From an uncultured Bacteriovoracaceae bacterium (GTDB lineage: Bacteria; Bdellovibrionota; Bacteriovoracia; Bacteriovoracales; Bacteriovoracaceae), in contig CAXGUD010000003.1 in assembly GCA_964012805.1 (NCBI GenBank), forward strand, positions 101,740-165,739: a stretch of 64,000 nucleotides of DNA, read 5' to 3'. The position numbers and the translations under genes were made by a program. This document shows positions 10,785-21,049 of the stretch, piece after piece. Position 1 is the first letter of the stretch. The number at the start of each line of letters is the position of its first letter. Under the pieces are notes generated by a model that searched no databases, had not been told where the DNA came from, and saw only the letters and a program-made list of their open reading frames with translations.

Positions 10785-10822
10785 ATAAAGATAAATACCC
10801 TTAACCTAAAAGGCCGAAAGTT

Positions 10823-11899
10823 TTGAAATTATTGTATCCACTATTTAAGAAGATTGCTTTTTCTTTTGATCCAGAAGTTATTCATGAATATTCTATTAGA
10901 GTTTTATCTGACTATCCTCTCTTAAGCGAACTTTTTGACCAGAAAGTTTCAGTTTCTGAAAATGATAAATATAAAGTTTCTCTTAATGGACCTTCTTGGT
11001 CTTTCCCTGTTGGTCTTGCAGCAGGTTTAGATAAGAATGCTTTGGCCTTGGACTTTTTTTCAAGACTTTACTTTGGTGCAATTGAGGTTGGCACCGTTAC
11101 TCCTAAGCCTCAGGATGGAAACCCTAAGCCTCGTCTATTCCGTTATCCTGAGACTGAATCTCTCAGAAATAAAATGGGTTTTAATAATGGTGGGGCAGAA
11201 AAAGTTCTTTCTCACCTCTTAAGTTCTACAAAAAATAATAAAGTATTAGGAGTTAATTTAGGCAAAAATAAAATAACTCCAATTGATAAGGCTTGGGAAG
11301 ATTACAATATCCTATACCGGAACTTTTCAAAGATAAGCGATTATTTGGTCATTAATGTCTCTTCGCCAAATACACCTGGCTTAAGAGGTTTACAGGAGAG
11401 TGATGCTCTCGAAGAAATTTTATCTTCTCTGGGACAAATAAGGAGTGAGGACCCTTGTCCACTCTACTTAAAAATTTCTCCTGATATTGATAAAACACAT
11501 GCCTCTGCAATTATCAACCTCGCAAAAAAGTATTCTTTAACTGGAATAATTGCAACCAACACAACGATTATGAAAGAGAAAGGGGAGGGAGGAATATCCG
11601 GTAAGCTTTGCTTAGAAAAATCAAGGAATGTTAGAAAGTGGATCTTGGATGAAGCGAGAGAGTGTCCAGATTTAGACGTTATAGGTGTTGGAGGAATATC
11701 TTCCTTTAAAGATCTTTGGGACTTTTGGCTAGCTGGAGGGAAAGCAGTTCAGATATATACCGCTTTCATCTACCAAGGACCTAATATCTTAAATCAGATA
11801 AAAGATGGAATAGACGACGTCTTGACTTCTAATGGAATAAAAAGTGTTAACGAGCTTCTAGAAAACTTAGAAAAGGTCAAAAATCCTTTTAAAAAGTAA
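10823..11899 (+). CDS. pyrD: Quinone-dependent dihydroorotate dehydrogenase (class 2)
   Basis: GLAAGLDKN, GTVTPKPQDGNPKPRLFR, INVSSPNTPGLR, KISPD, GVGGI. Confidence 0.95.
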   Translation: MKLLYPLFKKIAFSFDPEVIHEYSIRVLSDYPLLSELFDQKVSVSENDKYKVSLNGPSWSFPVGLAAGLDKNALALDFFSRLYFGAIEVGTVTPKPQDGNPKPRLFRYPETESLRNKMGFNNGGAEKVLSHLLSSTKNNKVLGVNLGKNKITPIDKAWEDYNILYRNFSKISDYLVINVSSPNTPGLRGLQESDALEEILSSLGQIRSEDPCPLYLKISPDIDKTHASAIINLAKKYSLTGIIATNTTIMKEKGEGGISGKLCLEKSRNVRKWILDEARECPDLDVIGVGGISSFKDLWDFWLAGGKAVQIYTAFIYQGPNILNQIKDGIDDVLTSNGIKSVNELLENLEKVKNPFKK

Positions 11900-11922
11900 A
11901 GTCAATTTTCTTTCTTCTTCCT

Positions 11923-12117
11923 TTAAATAATAATTGTGTAGTACCTTATATCATTTTCATCAATGATATTTGTACCATCTTCATTAAAGGAAAAAACTCT
12001 ATCCTGAGATTCTCCGCAAGTGACTATTGCACCCTCAGTGTAATCGGTACAAGCCAAGGAGTGACTACTAAAAACAAGAGTTAATAAGAGCAGAAATGCG
12101 GCTATTAGCTTTTTCAC
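11923..12117 (-). CDS. Small secreted hypothetical protein (64 aa)
   Basis: GGGAGG RBS before the GTG start; signal peptide ending in SHSLA; two Cys in the mature part. Confidence 0.6.
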   Translation of the reverse strand: MKKLIAAFLLLLTLVFSSHSLACTDYTEGAIVTCGESQDRVFSFNEDGTNIIDENDIRYYTIII

Positions 12118-12719
12118 AATATGCCTCCCTAAATTAAAGTAGGAAAAATAAAGAACAAAAAAAAGACTTTTATTTGAATCTTAGTTTTTAGAAACCCCGA
12201 CTCAGTTATAGTTAAGTTCTTTTCCTCTGATCTTTCCCCTTTTTCCTTTAAACCCTATCTATTAGGTTCTTTAATAAATCTACGCATAAGTGAAAACTAA
12301 AATTTCAATAAAAACATTTTAATTATACTTTTAAATTCTTTTTTTTGAGTATTTTCCAATTAAATTTATTTCTATTAACTAAAGAAATAATGATAAATTT
12401 TATGAAGATTCCTTAATAAAGTGTCAATAAGTTGATTTTATTGAGGACAATTTATTTTTTGAGTGAAAAAAAAAAACAGTTTTTTTATTTCGATAATCCA
12501 AGTTTTTACAAAAAATATTGGCCATATATGTCAGTTAGGAGTTCTATGACACAAAAAAGTGTCAAAAACTTGAAATTGTTAAGATTTTGTAATGAAAGCT
12601 ATTTTTTGTTCCGATCCCTTTTTATGAGCAGGATAATAAAAATAGGAATTTTTTTAACATAGGTTACTATTATAGAATCCCCTTAGTGGTGGAATTAATT
12701 AAGAGTAAGGAGGAGGCAT

Positions 12720-14099
12720 ATGCCTTCTACTCGATATTCGGATATTCGACAAATTATTGATCTTTTTAGCAATGCTTTGAAAAGCCTTGATTATGATGTG
12801 TCTCCCGATGTAATAGAAAAATGGTCCCTCCTCGTTCATAGAGCTATGGATGGAGGTGGTAGGAGCTATCACGGCCCATATCATATCCTCCACCTGGCCC
12901 ATGGAAGTAAGCCAATTGTTGCTCTATCCGCAATTTACCATGATATTGTGCAGGTTTCTGTTGATCATGGTGCTCCTCCTGAAATTTCGAATGTATTTGA
13001 TAGCTTTGTAAGCATTGAAAATGGCGATTATATTCTTAAAGAAATTGATGTTACAAAAGACAGACTCTTTTATTTTTCATCATTAATTTTTGGTGTTGAT
13101 AAAGATAGTAAATTGAACCCTTTTGAAGGAAGAAATGAATTTTTAAGTTCATTAGTTTGTATTGATCAACTAAGTGGTCATATTAAAGAGAAAGATATAT
13201 TGAAAATATGTGTTTGTATTGAAGCAACAATACCGTTTAGAGGCATTGGAAGTGATGGAAAAGATCCACTTCAAACTGTTAGAGATAGACTATCACAATT
13301 AAATAGGAATTATGCTGTAGGTTTTTCTGAAGATGAAATAGATCAAACGATCTATAGAGCAACTGAATTAGCAAATAAGGATGTAGACAATTTTTCTGAA
13401 GTTCTAGTAGAGAACTTTATCGAGAACACTTGGAATATATTACCTGAAAGTAGCCCTGCAATGAGGTATCCGAATACCTTGAGGATCAAAGATTTTAGAA
13501 AAGCTTTACAGGGAATGGAGGGATTTCTTTCCAATTTAAAGACTGAAAGAGTATATTCTTCATATAAAGGGTATCCACCTCAGAGTGAAATGGATTCTTT
13601 ACTTGAAAGAACAAACAGTAACGTTTGTGTTGCCATCCGCTATCTTAGAATAAGAATTTTTGCTATTGCCATTCTTGAGGCGATTGCTGAATTAACTGGT
13701 GGAGATACTTCCCTTTCTCTGTTTCTTGGAGATATGTCAAACCAAAGGGGCACAGTCAGCTTAGATGATTTTCTTCCTCTGGAGGATGAGTTACAAAACA
13801 AAAAGAATTTGGATCCACTAATACTTAGATTTTTATCAATGGGCCATAGAGGTCATTTAAAATATGAAATGAACTCGTGTCTTTACACATCAATTGTATA
13901 CAGAGTGACTGGGGAAGATAGAATTCAAAAAGACTTCTTTTTAGTCAAAGATTATTTTCAAAATGATTTATCAGCAAAAGACTTTTTAAAAAATCAGGAT
14001 AAATTTCTTATGTCTTCCCTTATTGATTCTTTATTAGAATTGGTATCAACAAGGGAAGATAAGCTTAAAGAATTAAAAAATATGGTAAATCAGGAATAA
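12720..14099 (+). CDS. Hypothetical protein with HD-like metal-binding motifs
   Basis: Strong AGGAGG RBS; RSYHGPYHI and AIYHDIVQ motifs, then IEATIPFR and ANKDVDNF. Confidence 0.7.
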   Translation: MPSTRYSDIRQIIDLFSNALKSLDYDVSPDVIEKWSLLVHRAMDGGGRSYHGPYHILHLAHGSKPIVALSAIYHDIVQVSVDHGAPPEISNVFDSFVSIENGDYILKEIDVTKDRLFYFSSLIFGVDKDSKLNPFEGRNEFLSSLVCIDQLSGHIKEKDILKICVCIEATIPFRGIGSDGKDPLQTVRDRLSQLNRNYAVGFSEDEIDQTIYRATELANKDVDNFSEVLVENFIENTWNILPESSPAMRYPNTLRIKDFRKALQGMEGFLSNLKTERVYSSYKGYPPQSEMDSLLERTNSNVCVAIRYLRIRIFAIAILEAIAELTGGDTSLSLFLGDMSNQRGTVSLDDFLPLEDELQNKKNLDPLILRFLSMGHRGHLKYEMNSCLYTSIVYRVTGEDRIQKDFFLVKDYFQNDLSAKDFLKNQDKFLMSSLIDSLLELVSTREDKLKELKNMVNQE

Positions 14100-14147
14100 A
14101 AGAAGTCCATCGGTAAAAGATATATAATCAAATGATTTTCTTTTCAA

Positions 14148-15440
14148 TTATTCAATTTGAGATCTGTAGAGAGTTGTTCCTCTAGCGACTTGGAAGGCTA
14201 TAATTGAAGAAATTGTTGAAGAAAAGCCTATATTTGATCCAAAAATTTCAGCGCCCATAACTGCTGCTGACATAGGAACATTCATACTAGCAGAAAGAAT
14301 ACCGCTCATACCAGCGGCCATAAAGCTATAATAGGTGCCTGAAGATGGGGGAATATTCAATAAATGTCCAAAAGCAGCTCCTATCATGAGGCCCATAATA
14401 ACGCTTGGACCTGCAAAACCAGCACTATAACCAGTTCCTACTGTTAGACAATTAGTGATTCCTTTAAGGCTTGCTAAAATGATGAGAGCAATAAAAATGA
14501 AATAGCGACCTTTTACATATTCAGGTAAATCAGGAAGTTCTCCATTGACCAGACTTTTGAACATATTAAGACTTGTACCGAGTAAACCTTCTCCAAATAA
14601 GTAGGCTATAACGATAACTATTATTGCTCCCAAAACTTTGGAGCTAAAATTAAGTTGCTTCCTTTCAGAAACTGTGGAGACCCAGTGATAAAAATTAACA
14701 TAAAGGATGGAAAAGTAACCACTGAAAAAACCAATTAATATGATCCATACAAGGTTTTTTAAGGGAAAAGTTTCAGTAGTTGACTGGAAGGGAAAGATTG
14801 ATGTGAGGTCTAATCCTTTTGCAACAGCTGTTGTAAAGCAAGCTGCAAGTATGGAAGGAAATAAGTCGAGGTATTTCATATTGGCCCTTTTTAATATTTC
14901 AACAGCAAAAAGGCCTGAACTTAATGGTGCATGGAAGACGGAAGCTACTATAGCTGAAGCTCCACAGATGACAAATGTTCTTTTGTCATCGTCATCAATT
15001 TTAAATTTTTTTATTAATTTTTGCCTACCTATAAATGAGGCAATACCACTATTAACTCTAACAAGAGGGGCTACGATTCCTCCACTTAGATTAGTACCTA
15101 AGGTGACAAGGGCAGCGATGAATTTGAAGAAAGTAACTTTAATAGGGAGGTATCCAAATTTATCGTTGACACTATTTAGATAGGAAAGAACACCCTCTTC
15201 AGATGATTCCGGGGAAAAATAGTAAGCTAAATATTTACAAAGGAAAGGTGCAAGAAAAGGAAGAAGTATAAAATAAGAATTAGTTTGCGTTGTAAAAAGA
15301 TATATTTTATCTAACAGATAGACAAAAAGGTAAGTTATGGAAAGCCCTGTAACAGAAGCAATTGCAGAAAAAATAATCCACTTTAGAATATAGTTTGCAG
15401 AGACTTTATTCAAACAAACCTTCTTGACCGTTATTAACAT
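14148..15440 (-). CDS. ClC-family chloride channel/antiporter (divergent)
   Basis: Multi-TM protein with CGASAIVASVFHAPLSSGLFAVEI, GFAGPSVIMG and PMSAAVMGAEIFG. The canonical GSGIP and GREGP motifs read EEGVL and GIVAP. Confidence 0.8.
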   Translation of the reverse strand: MLITVKKVCLNKVSANYILKWIIFSAIASVTGLSITYLFVYLLDKIYLFTTQTNSYFILLPFLAPFLCKYLAYYFSPESSEEGVLSYLNSVNDKFGYLPIKVTFFKFIAALVTLGTNLSGGIVAPLVRVNSGIASFIGRQKLIKKFKIDDDDKRTFVICGASAIVASVFHAPLSSGLFAVEILKRANMKYLDLFPSILAACFTTAVAKGLDLTSIFPFQSTTETFPLKNLVWIILIGFFSGYFSILYVNFYHWVSTVSERKQLNFSSKVLGAIIVIVIAYLFGEGLLGTSLNMFKSLVNGELPDLPEYVKGRYFIFIALIILASLKGITNCLTVGTGYSAGFAGPSVIMGLMIGAAFGHLLNIPPSSGTYYSFMAAGMSGILSASMNVPMSAAVMGAEIFGSNIGFSSTISSIIAFQVARGTTLYRSQIE

Positions 15441-15500
15441 ATATATTTTCGGTCAAAAAAGGTTTAGTTTTATAGCTCAATAGATTTATTTACATTTTTT

Positions 15501-18500
15501 TTAATGGATTATAATAGGCAGGTTACCCAAAAAGATACTTTTTCCAGTCGAATTTTTTACTTTTAAAAAAATGCTCACACTATGATTATGATCCCAATTT
15601 TTAAAGAAGCCCTGCTCAAAATTAATTTTATTGTGTCCAGGTCTTAAAGTTGTTGGTACCGATAAAGGGGGCTGCTCATTTTTGAATTTTAAAGACATAA
15701 TAAAAGGTTTTTCATGATTGGACTTTTTAAATGAGTCGAAGAAACGGCAATGAAATTGGATTGAAGTAGCTTCCTTTAATATTTCGGCCGAAGCCTTATG
15801 TTCTGGTTTGTCCTCATTAGTTTTTAAGTTTGAAAAGGTCTTTCCCCACTTCGTATGTAAAACCTTTTCGTCCTTATTTTTGAATGAATAAAGGCAGCCT
15901 TCTCTTTGGTAGGACCACTCTTCTGGATACAATGGTTTTATATCTATTGTGTAGTATCCTTTTTTTTCGAAATTAAAGGGAGAAGTTAGTGTTAATTCAT
16001 TGTCTCCTGTAAAAGAAACATACTTTTCTTTAATAAACTCCTCTTTGGAATGTAATAAAATATCTCCCCTGATTATTTCCCTGTTTGATGAGGAAAGGAA
16101 AATTTGTTCTTTTCCTTTAATGAGAGCTTTTGAGCTTAGCTCTATTTTGATTGGTGTTATTTTAATATTTATTTTAGATGGCCTCGAAGTCCCCTTTAAT
16201 CTAAAAAGACCAAGCTGGTAGTGGCCACCTTTTGTTGTTTTGAAAACAACTTGTGTATCCTCTTTAATATATTGAGATCCAGATTTTACTCCCTCAGGAC
16301 CATAAAGTTTAAAGCCAACTCTTCCAGGAAAACTTTGATGCAGTTCGGACTTAAGTGTTAAGGCTTTAACCGATGGCGGAATATGAAAATGGAGCCTCTT
16401 GCCTTCTTCAGCCCTTAATTGCATATTCCACTCCATTTTATTTATTAAGGGAATATCATGAATTAAAGTTATAGGAATCACTTTCAAGATTTGTCCACTT
16501 TTCTCCTCTAAAATTTTGATTTCTCCAAAAAGCTCATAGGTTGTTATGCTTTCAGGATTTGATTTAAACTCCTTAAGAAGTTTTTCAAGATCTATGCCTA
16601 TTGAAATAAATGAACTACCGGAGCTGATAAAGCTTCTTTTTGGTCCTTCAATCCATGGATGAGAATATTCGACTTTGATAGGTACTAAAAGTTCTGATTT
16701 TTTCGAGTCTAAAACACTTTTACTAGGAATACCCTTCAAGAGAATGCGGGATTCAATATATGTCGAATCAAGCTCGGATGTTTTTAAAAGAAGACCTTTT
16801 TTTAAGTATCCGTTACTCGCCCTCAAATTATGTTTAATTTCATTAAAGAGCTCCCCGCTTAAAAAACGCTTATATATCGAAATGGCTTTTTCAATTTTGG
16901 GTAAACCGTAGCCTTGAGCTAAGAAGGGCGTATTTTTTAGTGGTGTAGCGCTTAACTTTAAAGCTTCAACGACACTTTTAACTTCTACAGGGAGGTTTAA
17001 TTGTTTTAGGGAGGAGATGAGAACTGCAGCAAGCCCTCCAATTGCCGGGCTGGCAGAGCTTGTCCCACTAAAGGCCCTAAATCCCATGTCACTTGTTGAG
17101 TAGGTAAGAGACGCGAGGGGAGAGATAAGACTTGGTCCTAGTCCTCCTGATGGGCCTGGTCCTCGACTAGAGTAATAGGGGAGAAGGCCTTGCTCTGGTA
17201 AACCATCAACGCCGTGAACTCTTTCATAGAGGTCTTTTCCAGCAAACGCACCCACCACCAAAGAGTTTGGTGTGTAAAGACTTCTTCGGTTAAGACTTTT
17301 AAGGCCTGGTCCGTTGTTACCCGCTGAAAAGCATAGCACAAAATTATATTTTTCAATTAGTTTATCAAGGGCTTCTTGCATGAAAAGCTGATTTTTTTCA
17401 GATAAAAAATACAGGCTGTAACTAATATTAACGACATGGGCACCTTTTTCTCCAAGAAGATCTAAGGCATTTAAAAAAGTAGAAAATGTATAGAAAGACT
17501 CTGATTTATCATGCGATGGTTCACCTAGGTCGTAATCAATTATTTGGCTTCCCGGTGCAACTCCATCAAACTGATCGGCAATTTTATGTCCGGCCATAAC
17601 CGATGCAACACCCTCTCCATGAGAATCTCCTCTACTTTCTCCTTCGTTAACCTTAAGAGTATTATTTTCAGGATTAAACTCTGCTAAGAGGGCCACTTGT
17701 TTCTTTTTATCCCAGAAACCGTAATCCCCGGTATCATTAAATGGTGAGAAACATTCATCCTCTTCTTTTTTTTGATTAACGTTGGTATCTATACAAATTT
17801 TAAAAGGCTCTTTATTTTTTTCAAAAACCCAAACTTTAATTTTATCCTTTAACTTATTTCGGTTTAGGTCCGTGAAAAGATGATGAGATAGTAGTTTCTT
17901 TTCTTCATCAATAATCCCTTTCCAATACCTAGTGACATTACTTTCATAAAGTTCTTCAGTTTCTGTATTGAAATCTGAAGGAATAAGAGCAAACTGAAGT
18001 CCTGTTGAATTTGAAAAGTGGCCTATTATTTTTCTCAGACCAGTCGTTGTTTTTTGAAAGCCTTTTGCATGTGGTGAAATCCCATCATCAATGACTCCAA
18101 CAATGACTCCTCTTCCATCCATCTCTGGATTCTTTTTCCAAAAAGAAGGCAAATTAAAGTCTTTTTTAGCGAGGAAAAAAGCGTCTTTTTTATGAGAGGT
18201 AGTGCTTGTTTTAGGTTTTTCAATAAATAGAGGGAAGTCATTTCCTAAAATTGATTCATCTGTGAAGGATTTTGTTGAGTTCAGCTCTTCCCATTTTTTT
18301 TCGAAACAACCTAGGGTTTTTGTAGTGCCTTCAACAATTGTGACAAAGTTTCCTTTTAAAGACGTTTCGCAATGGGAGCTTATTTTTTTGAGGTAGGTCA
18401 TAAGGTTGGAGTTAACACCGACAAAAATGCGCTTCTTTCTGAATGCTTCAGAAGAAGTGTAAGTTGTTTGACTTAGCGAGTAATTTTGAAAAAGGACAAT

Positions 18501-18545
18501 AGATAATACTAAAAATATTTTTAAAGATAGGTTCAATTTTTTCAT
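15501..18545 (-). CDS. Secreted S8 subtilase, tripeptidyl-peptidase II-like
   Basis: Catalytic motifs GVIDDG, SHGEGVASVMAG and GTSSASP; oxyanion SAGNNGP; signal peptide from ATG 18545 (track start 18647). Confidence 0.85.
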   Translation of the reverse strand: MKKLNLSLKIFLVLSIVLFQNYSLSQTTYTSSEAFRKKRIFVGVNSNLMTYLKKISSHCETSLKGNFVTIVEGTTKTLGCFEKKWEELNSTKSFTDESILGNDFPLFIEKPKTSTTSHKKDAFFLAKKDFNLPSFWKKNPEMDGRGVIVGVIDDGISPHAKGFQKTTTGLRKIIGHFSNSTGLQFALIPSDFNTETEELYESNVTRYWKGIIDEEKKLLSHHLFTDLNRNKLKDKIKVWVFEKNKEPFKICIDTNVNQKKEEDECFSPFNDTGDYGFWDKKKQVALLAEFNPENNTLKVNEGESRGDSHGEGVASVMAGHKIADQFDGVAPGSQIIDYDLGEPSHDKSESFYTFSTFLNALDLLGEKGAHVVNISYSLYFLSEKNQLFMQEALDKLIEKYNFVLCFSAGNNGPGLKSLNRRSLYTPNSLVVGAFAGKDLYERVHGVDGLPEQGLLPYYSSRGPGPSGGLGPSLISPLASLTYSTSDMGFRAFSGTSSASPAIGGLAAVLISSLKQLNLPVEVKSVVEALKLSATPLKNTPFLAQGYGLPKIEKAISIYKRFLSGELFNEIKHNLRASNGYLKKGLLLKTSELDSTYIESRILLKGIPSKSVLDSKKSELLVPIKVEYSHPWIEGPKRSFISSGSSFISIGIDLEKLLKEFKSNPESITTYELFGEIKILEEKSGQILKVIPITLIHDIPLINKMEWNMQLRAEEGKRLHFHIPPSVKALTLKSELHQSFPGRVGFKLYGPEGVKSGSQYIKEDTQVVFKTTKGGHYQLGLFRLKGTSRPSKINIKITPIKIELSSKALIKGKEQIFLSSSNREIIRGDILLHSKEEFIKEKYVSFTGDNELTLTSPFNFEKKGYYTIDIKPLYPEEWSYQREGCLYSFKNKDEKVLHTKWGKTFSNLKTNEDKPEHKASAEILKEATSIQFHCRFFDSFKKSNHEKPFIMSLKFKNEQPPLSVPTTLRPGHNKINFEQGFFKNWDHNHSVSIFLKVKNSTGKSIFLGNLPIIIH

Positions 18546-18825
18546 CAGTTCTTTCCTTAATAATTGATAGAAAAACTTAAAGCTGTTTTGTGCGTTAAAA
18601 ACGCATTTTTTTCTTTTTTTTTGCTTGGTGCAAGGTGATGTGCACAAAGAGCTTTTTACGCATAGATAAAGTCTAATAAAAATTTCTTTTTTTCAAGGCA
18701 CAATAAGTTGTTATTGGCTGGCCCTTTTGCGAGAATGAGCCATCTTTATGGATGTTATTTCCTGTTTTTTATTATAAAAATAGGCATTTAATTTGTGTAG
18801 TAAAGTATCCAGAGGTTTGAAGAAA

Positions 18826-20250
18826 ATGTTGATTAAGTCCAAAGAAAAAATAACCAAAAAATATGATGTCATTATTGTAGGGAGTGGTTTAGCGGGAATG
18901 ACTGCTGCTAATAAGTTAGGTCGAAATGGAAGGAAAGTTCTTCTATTAGAGTCCCACAATAAGTTAGGAGGCTTCGCTACATGGTTTAAAAGGAGAGATG
19001 GCGATCACGTATTTGACGTTTCTCTCCACGGTTTTCCAGTTGGAATGATTAAAACTTGTAAACGCTACTGGAGCAAGGAGATTGCCAGCGCTATTGTTCA
19101 ATTAAAAAAGGTTCGGTTTATAAATCCAATGTATGATCTTGAGACCGAGTTTACAAAAGATGACTTCAAGAGAAAGTTAAAAGACTTTTTTAAAATCGAT
19201 GAAGAGAGCATTGAAGGTTTTTTTTCTGAGCTTGAATCTATGAACTTTTATGACCCACCAAAGCTTAATAATGGGGAATTATTTGAAAAGTTTTTTCCAG
19301 GTAGGAAGGATGTTGTTAGGTTCCTTTTAGAGCCGATTACTTATGCAAATGGTTCAAATTTGGAGGATCCTGCTATCACTTACGGAATAGTTTTTTCAAA
19401 CTTTATGAGTAAGGGAGTTTTTACTTTTAAAGGGGGAACTGATGTTTTAATAGGAAAAATGAAAGATGAGCTTCTCTCAAATGGTGTCGATATAAAAATG
19501 CATGCTAAGGTTAGTGATATCGTTGTTGAGGATGGAAAGGTAAAAGGCGTAAAGTTAGGTGATGACTTTATTGCCTCTAAAGCAGTTCTTTCAAACTCTA
19601 ATATCATGTCAACAATTTTTAAACTTGTTGGTGAAGATCATTTTTCTGAGAACTATATAAAAGCATCGAGAAAAGTCAGACTTAATACGAGTAGTTGCCA
19701 AGTCTATATGGGGATACGTGAGGGGGAAAGTATTCCAGATGTTGGAGACCTTCTTTTTTATTCGGAGGATTCAGAGTATAAGTCTGATTGGATACTCTCT
19801 CCAAAGGTTGGAAGCCAGACTTTTTCAATTTATTACCCTGAATGCAGGCCTCATCTCAATAACAGGTACGCTGTTGTTTCTTCTTCAAATGCTCGTTACG
19901 AAGATTGGAAAGGTCTCTCCGATGAAGAGTATAAAAAACAAAAAAAATATATTGAGGAAAAGGCTTTAACCGCTATTGAGAAGCTTATTCCTGGAATAAG
20001 TCAAAAAATTGATTTCGTTGATTCTGCTACTCCTCTAACAGTAGAGAAATATACTTTGCATGATAAAGGATCTTCCTTTGGTACAAAATTTGAGGGTCTT
20101 GATATAAGCATGAACATGCATAAAGAAATTGATGGTTTATTTCATAGTGGCTCTGTTGGAATCATTATGTCTGGATGGCTTGGAGCAGCCAATTATGGTG
20201 TCATTCAATCTCATGAAGTAGAGGCATTTTTAGAAAAAGGTATGCAATAA
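18826..20250 (+). CDS. Phytoene desaturase-family FAD/NAD(P)-dependent oxidoreductase
   Basis: YDVIIVGSGLAGMTAA dinucleotide fold, LLLESHNKLGG, GGTDVLI, SATPLTVEKYT. ATG 18826 (track start 18793). Confidence 0.85.
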   Translation: MLIKSKEKITKKYDVIIVGSGLAGMTAANKLGRNGRKVLLLESHNKLGGFATWFKRRDGDHVFDVSLHGFPVGMIKTCKRYWSKEIASAIVQLKKVRFINPMYDLETEFTKDDFKRKLKDFFKIDEESIEGFFSELESMNFYDPPKLNNGELFEKFFPGRKDVVRFLLEPITYANGSNLEDPAITYGIVFSNFMSKGVFTFKGGTDVLIGKMKDELLSNGVDIKMHAKVSDIVVEDGKVKGVKLGDDFIASKAVLSNSNIMSTIFKLVGEDHFSENYIKASRKVRLNTSSCQVYMGIREGESIPDVGDLLFYSEDSEYKSDWILSPKVGSQTFSIYYPECRPHLNNRYAVVSSSNARYEDWKGLSDEEYKKQKKYIEEKALTAIEKLIPGISQKIDFVDSATPLTVEKYTLHDKGSSFGTKFEGLDISMNMHKEIDGLFHSGSVGIIMSGWLGAANYGVIQSHEVEAFLEKGMQ

Positions 20251-20300
20251 AAATTTAAGTGATTTTAGAGATTAAAACGTTGTAGATAAGGATAAAAATT

Positions 20301-21047
20301 ATGTTCAAATTCCAAAATCAAAGAATCATTATTACTGGAGGAACTAGGGGGATTGGAAGAGGCTTAAGTGAAGCTTTTTTAGAAGCCGGTGGAGAAGTTA
20401 TAGCGACTTACACTAGTAATGATGAGGCAGCTGAAAAATTTAAGTGGGAAATGGAAAATAAATTCCCTAAATCTCATATGGCGATCAGAAAATTTGATGT
20501 AAGCCGGAATGATGAGGTTGAAAGCTTTTTTTCATGGATAGACGAAAATTATTCTTCAATAGAGGTTTTGATTAATAATTCAGGCATTCGTAAGGATAAT
20601 GTTGGTGCCCTCATGAGTGAAGAAGATTGGAAAAGGGTACTAGAAATTAATCTGGATGGAACTTTTTATATGTCCAAGCAAGCGATTTTGCGGTTTATGA
20701 GAAAGCGCTATGGACGTATTATTAATCTAAGTTCTGTCGGAGGCAAGATAGGTTTGCCAGGTCAGGCTAACTATACAGCTTCTAAAGCGGCTCAAATCGC
20801 CCTGGCCAAGTCCCTTTCCAAAGAGGTTGCTAAAAAAGGGATAACTATTAATAGTATTTGTCCAGGCTTTATTGAAACAGAATTAATAAGCGATCTACCT
20901 GAAGATCAAATCTCAGCTTATAAAAAACAGGTACCTTTAAAAAGATTTGGAACAGTTGATGAAGTTGCTCACGGAGTTCTTTTTCTTGCCTCAAGAGAAG
21001 CTTCTTATATTACGGGGACCTCTCTCGATATTTCTGGAGGGTTATAA
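20301..21047 (+). CDS. fabG: 3-oxoacyl-ACP reductase (SDR)
   Basis: TGGTRGIG, NNSGI, GQANYTASK, PGFIETE, PLKRFG. Confidence 0.85.
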   Translation: MFKFQNQRIIITGGTRGIGRGLSEAFLEAGGEVIATYTSNDEAAEKFKWEMENKFPKSHMAIRKFDVSRNDEVESFFSWIDENYSSIEVLINNSGIRKDNVGALMSEEDWKRVLEINLDGTFYMSKQAILRFMRKRYGRIINLSSVGGKIGLPGQANYTASKAAQIALAKSLSKEVAKKGITINSICPGFIETELISDLPEDQISAYKKQVPLKRFGTVDEVAHGVLFLASREASYITGTSLDISGGL

Positions 21048-21049
21048 TT

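Noticed and set aside
12432..12662. 76-aa ORF in the AT-rich spacer (likewise 31255-31536 and 18711-18959)
   Set aside because: Weak starts, no RBS, and F/K/I-biased composition expected from AT-rich non-coding DNA.
18826..20250. Carotenoid biosynthesis (crtI)
   Set aside because: No phytoene synthase, GGPP synthase or cyclase nearby; the neighbours are fatty-acid genes.
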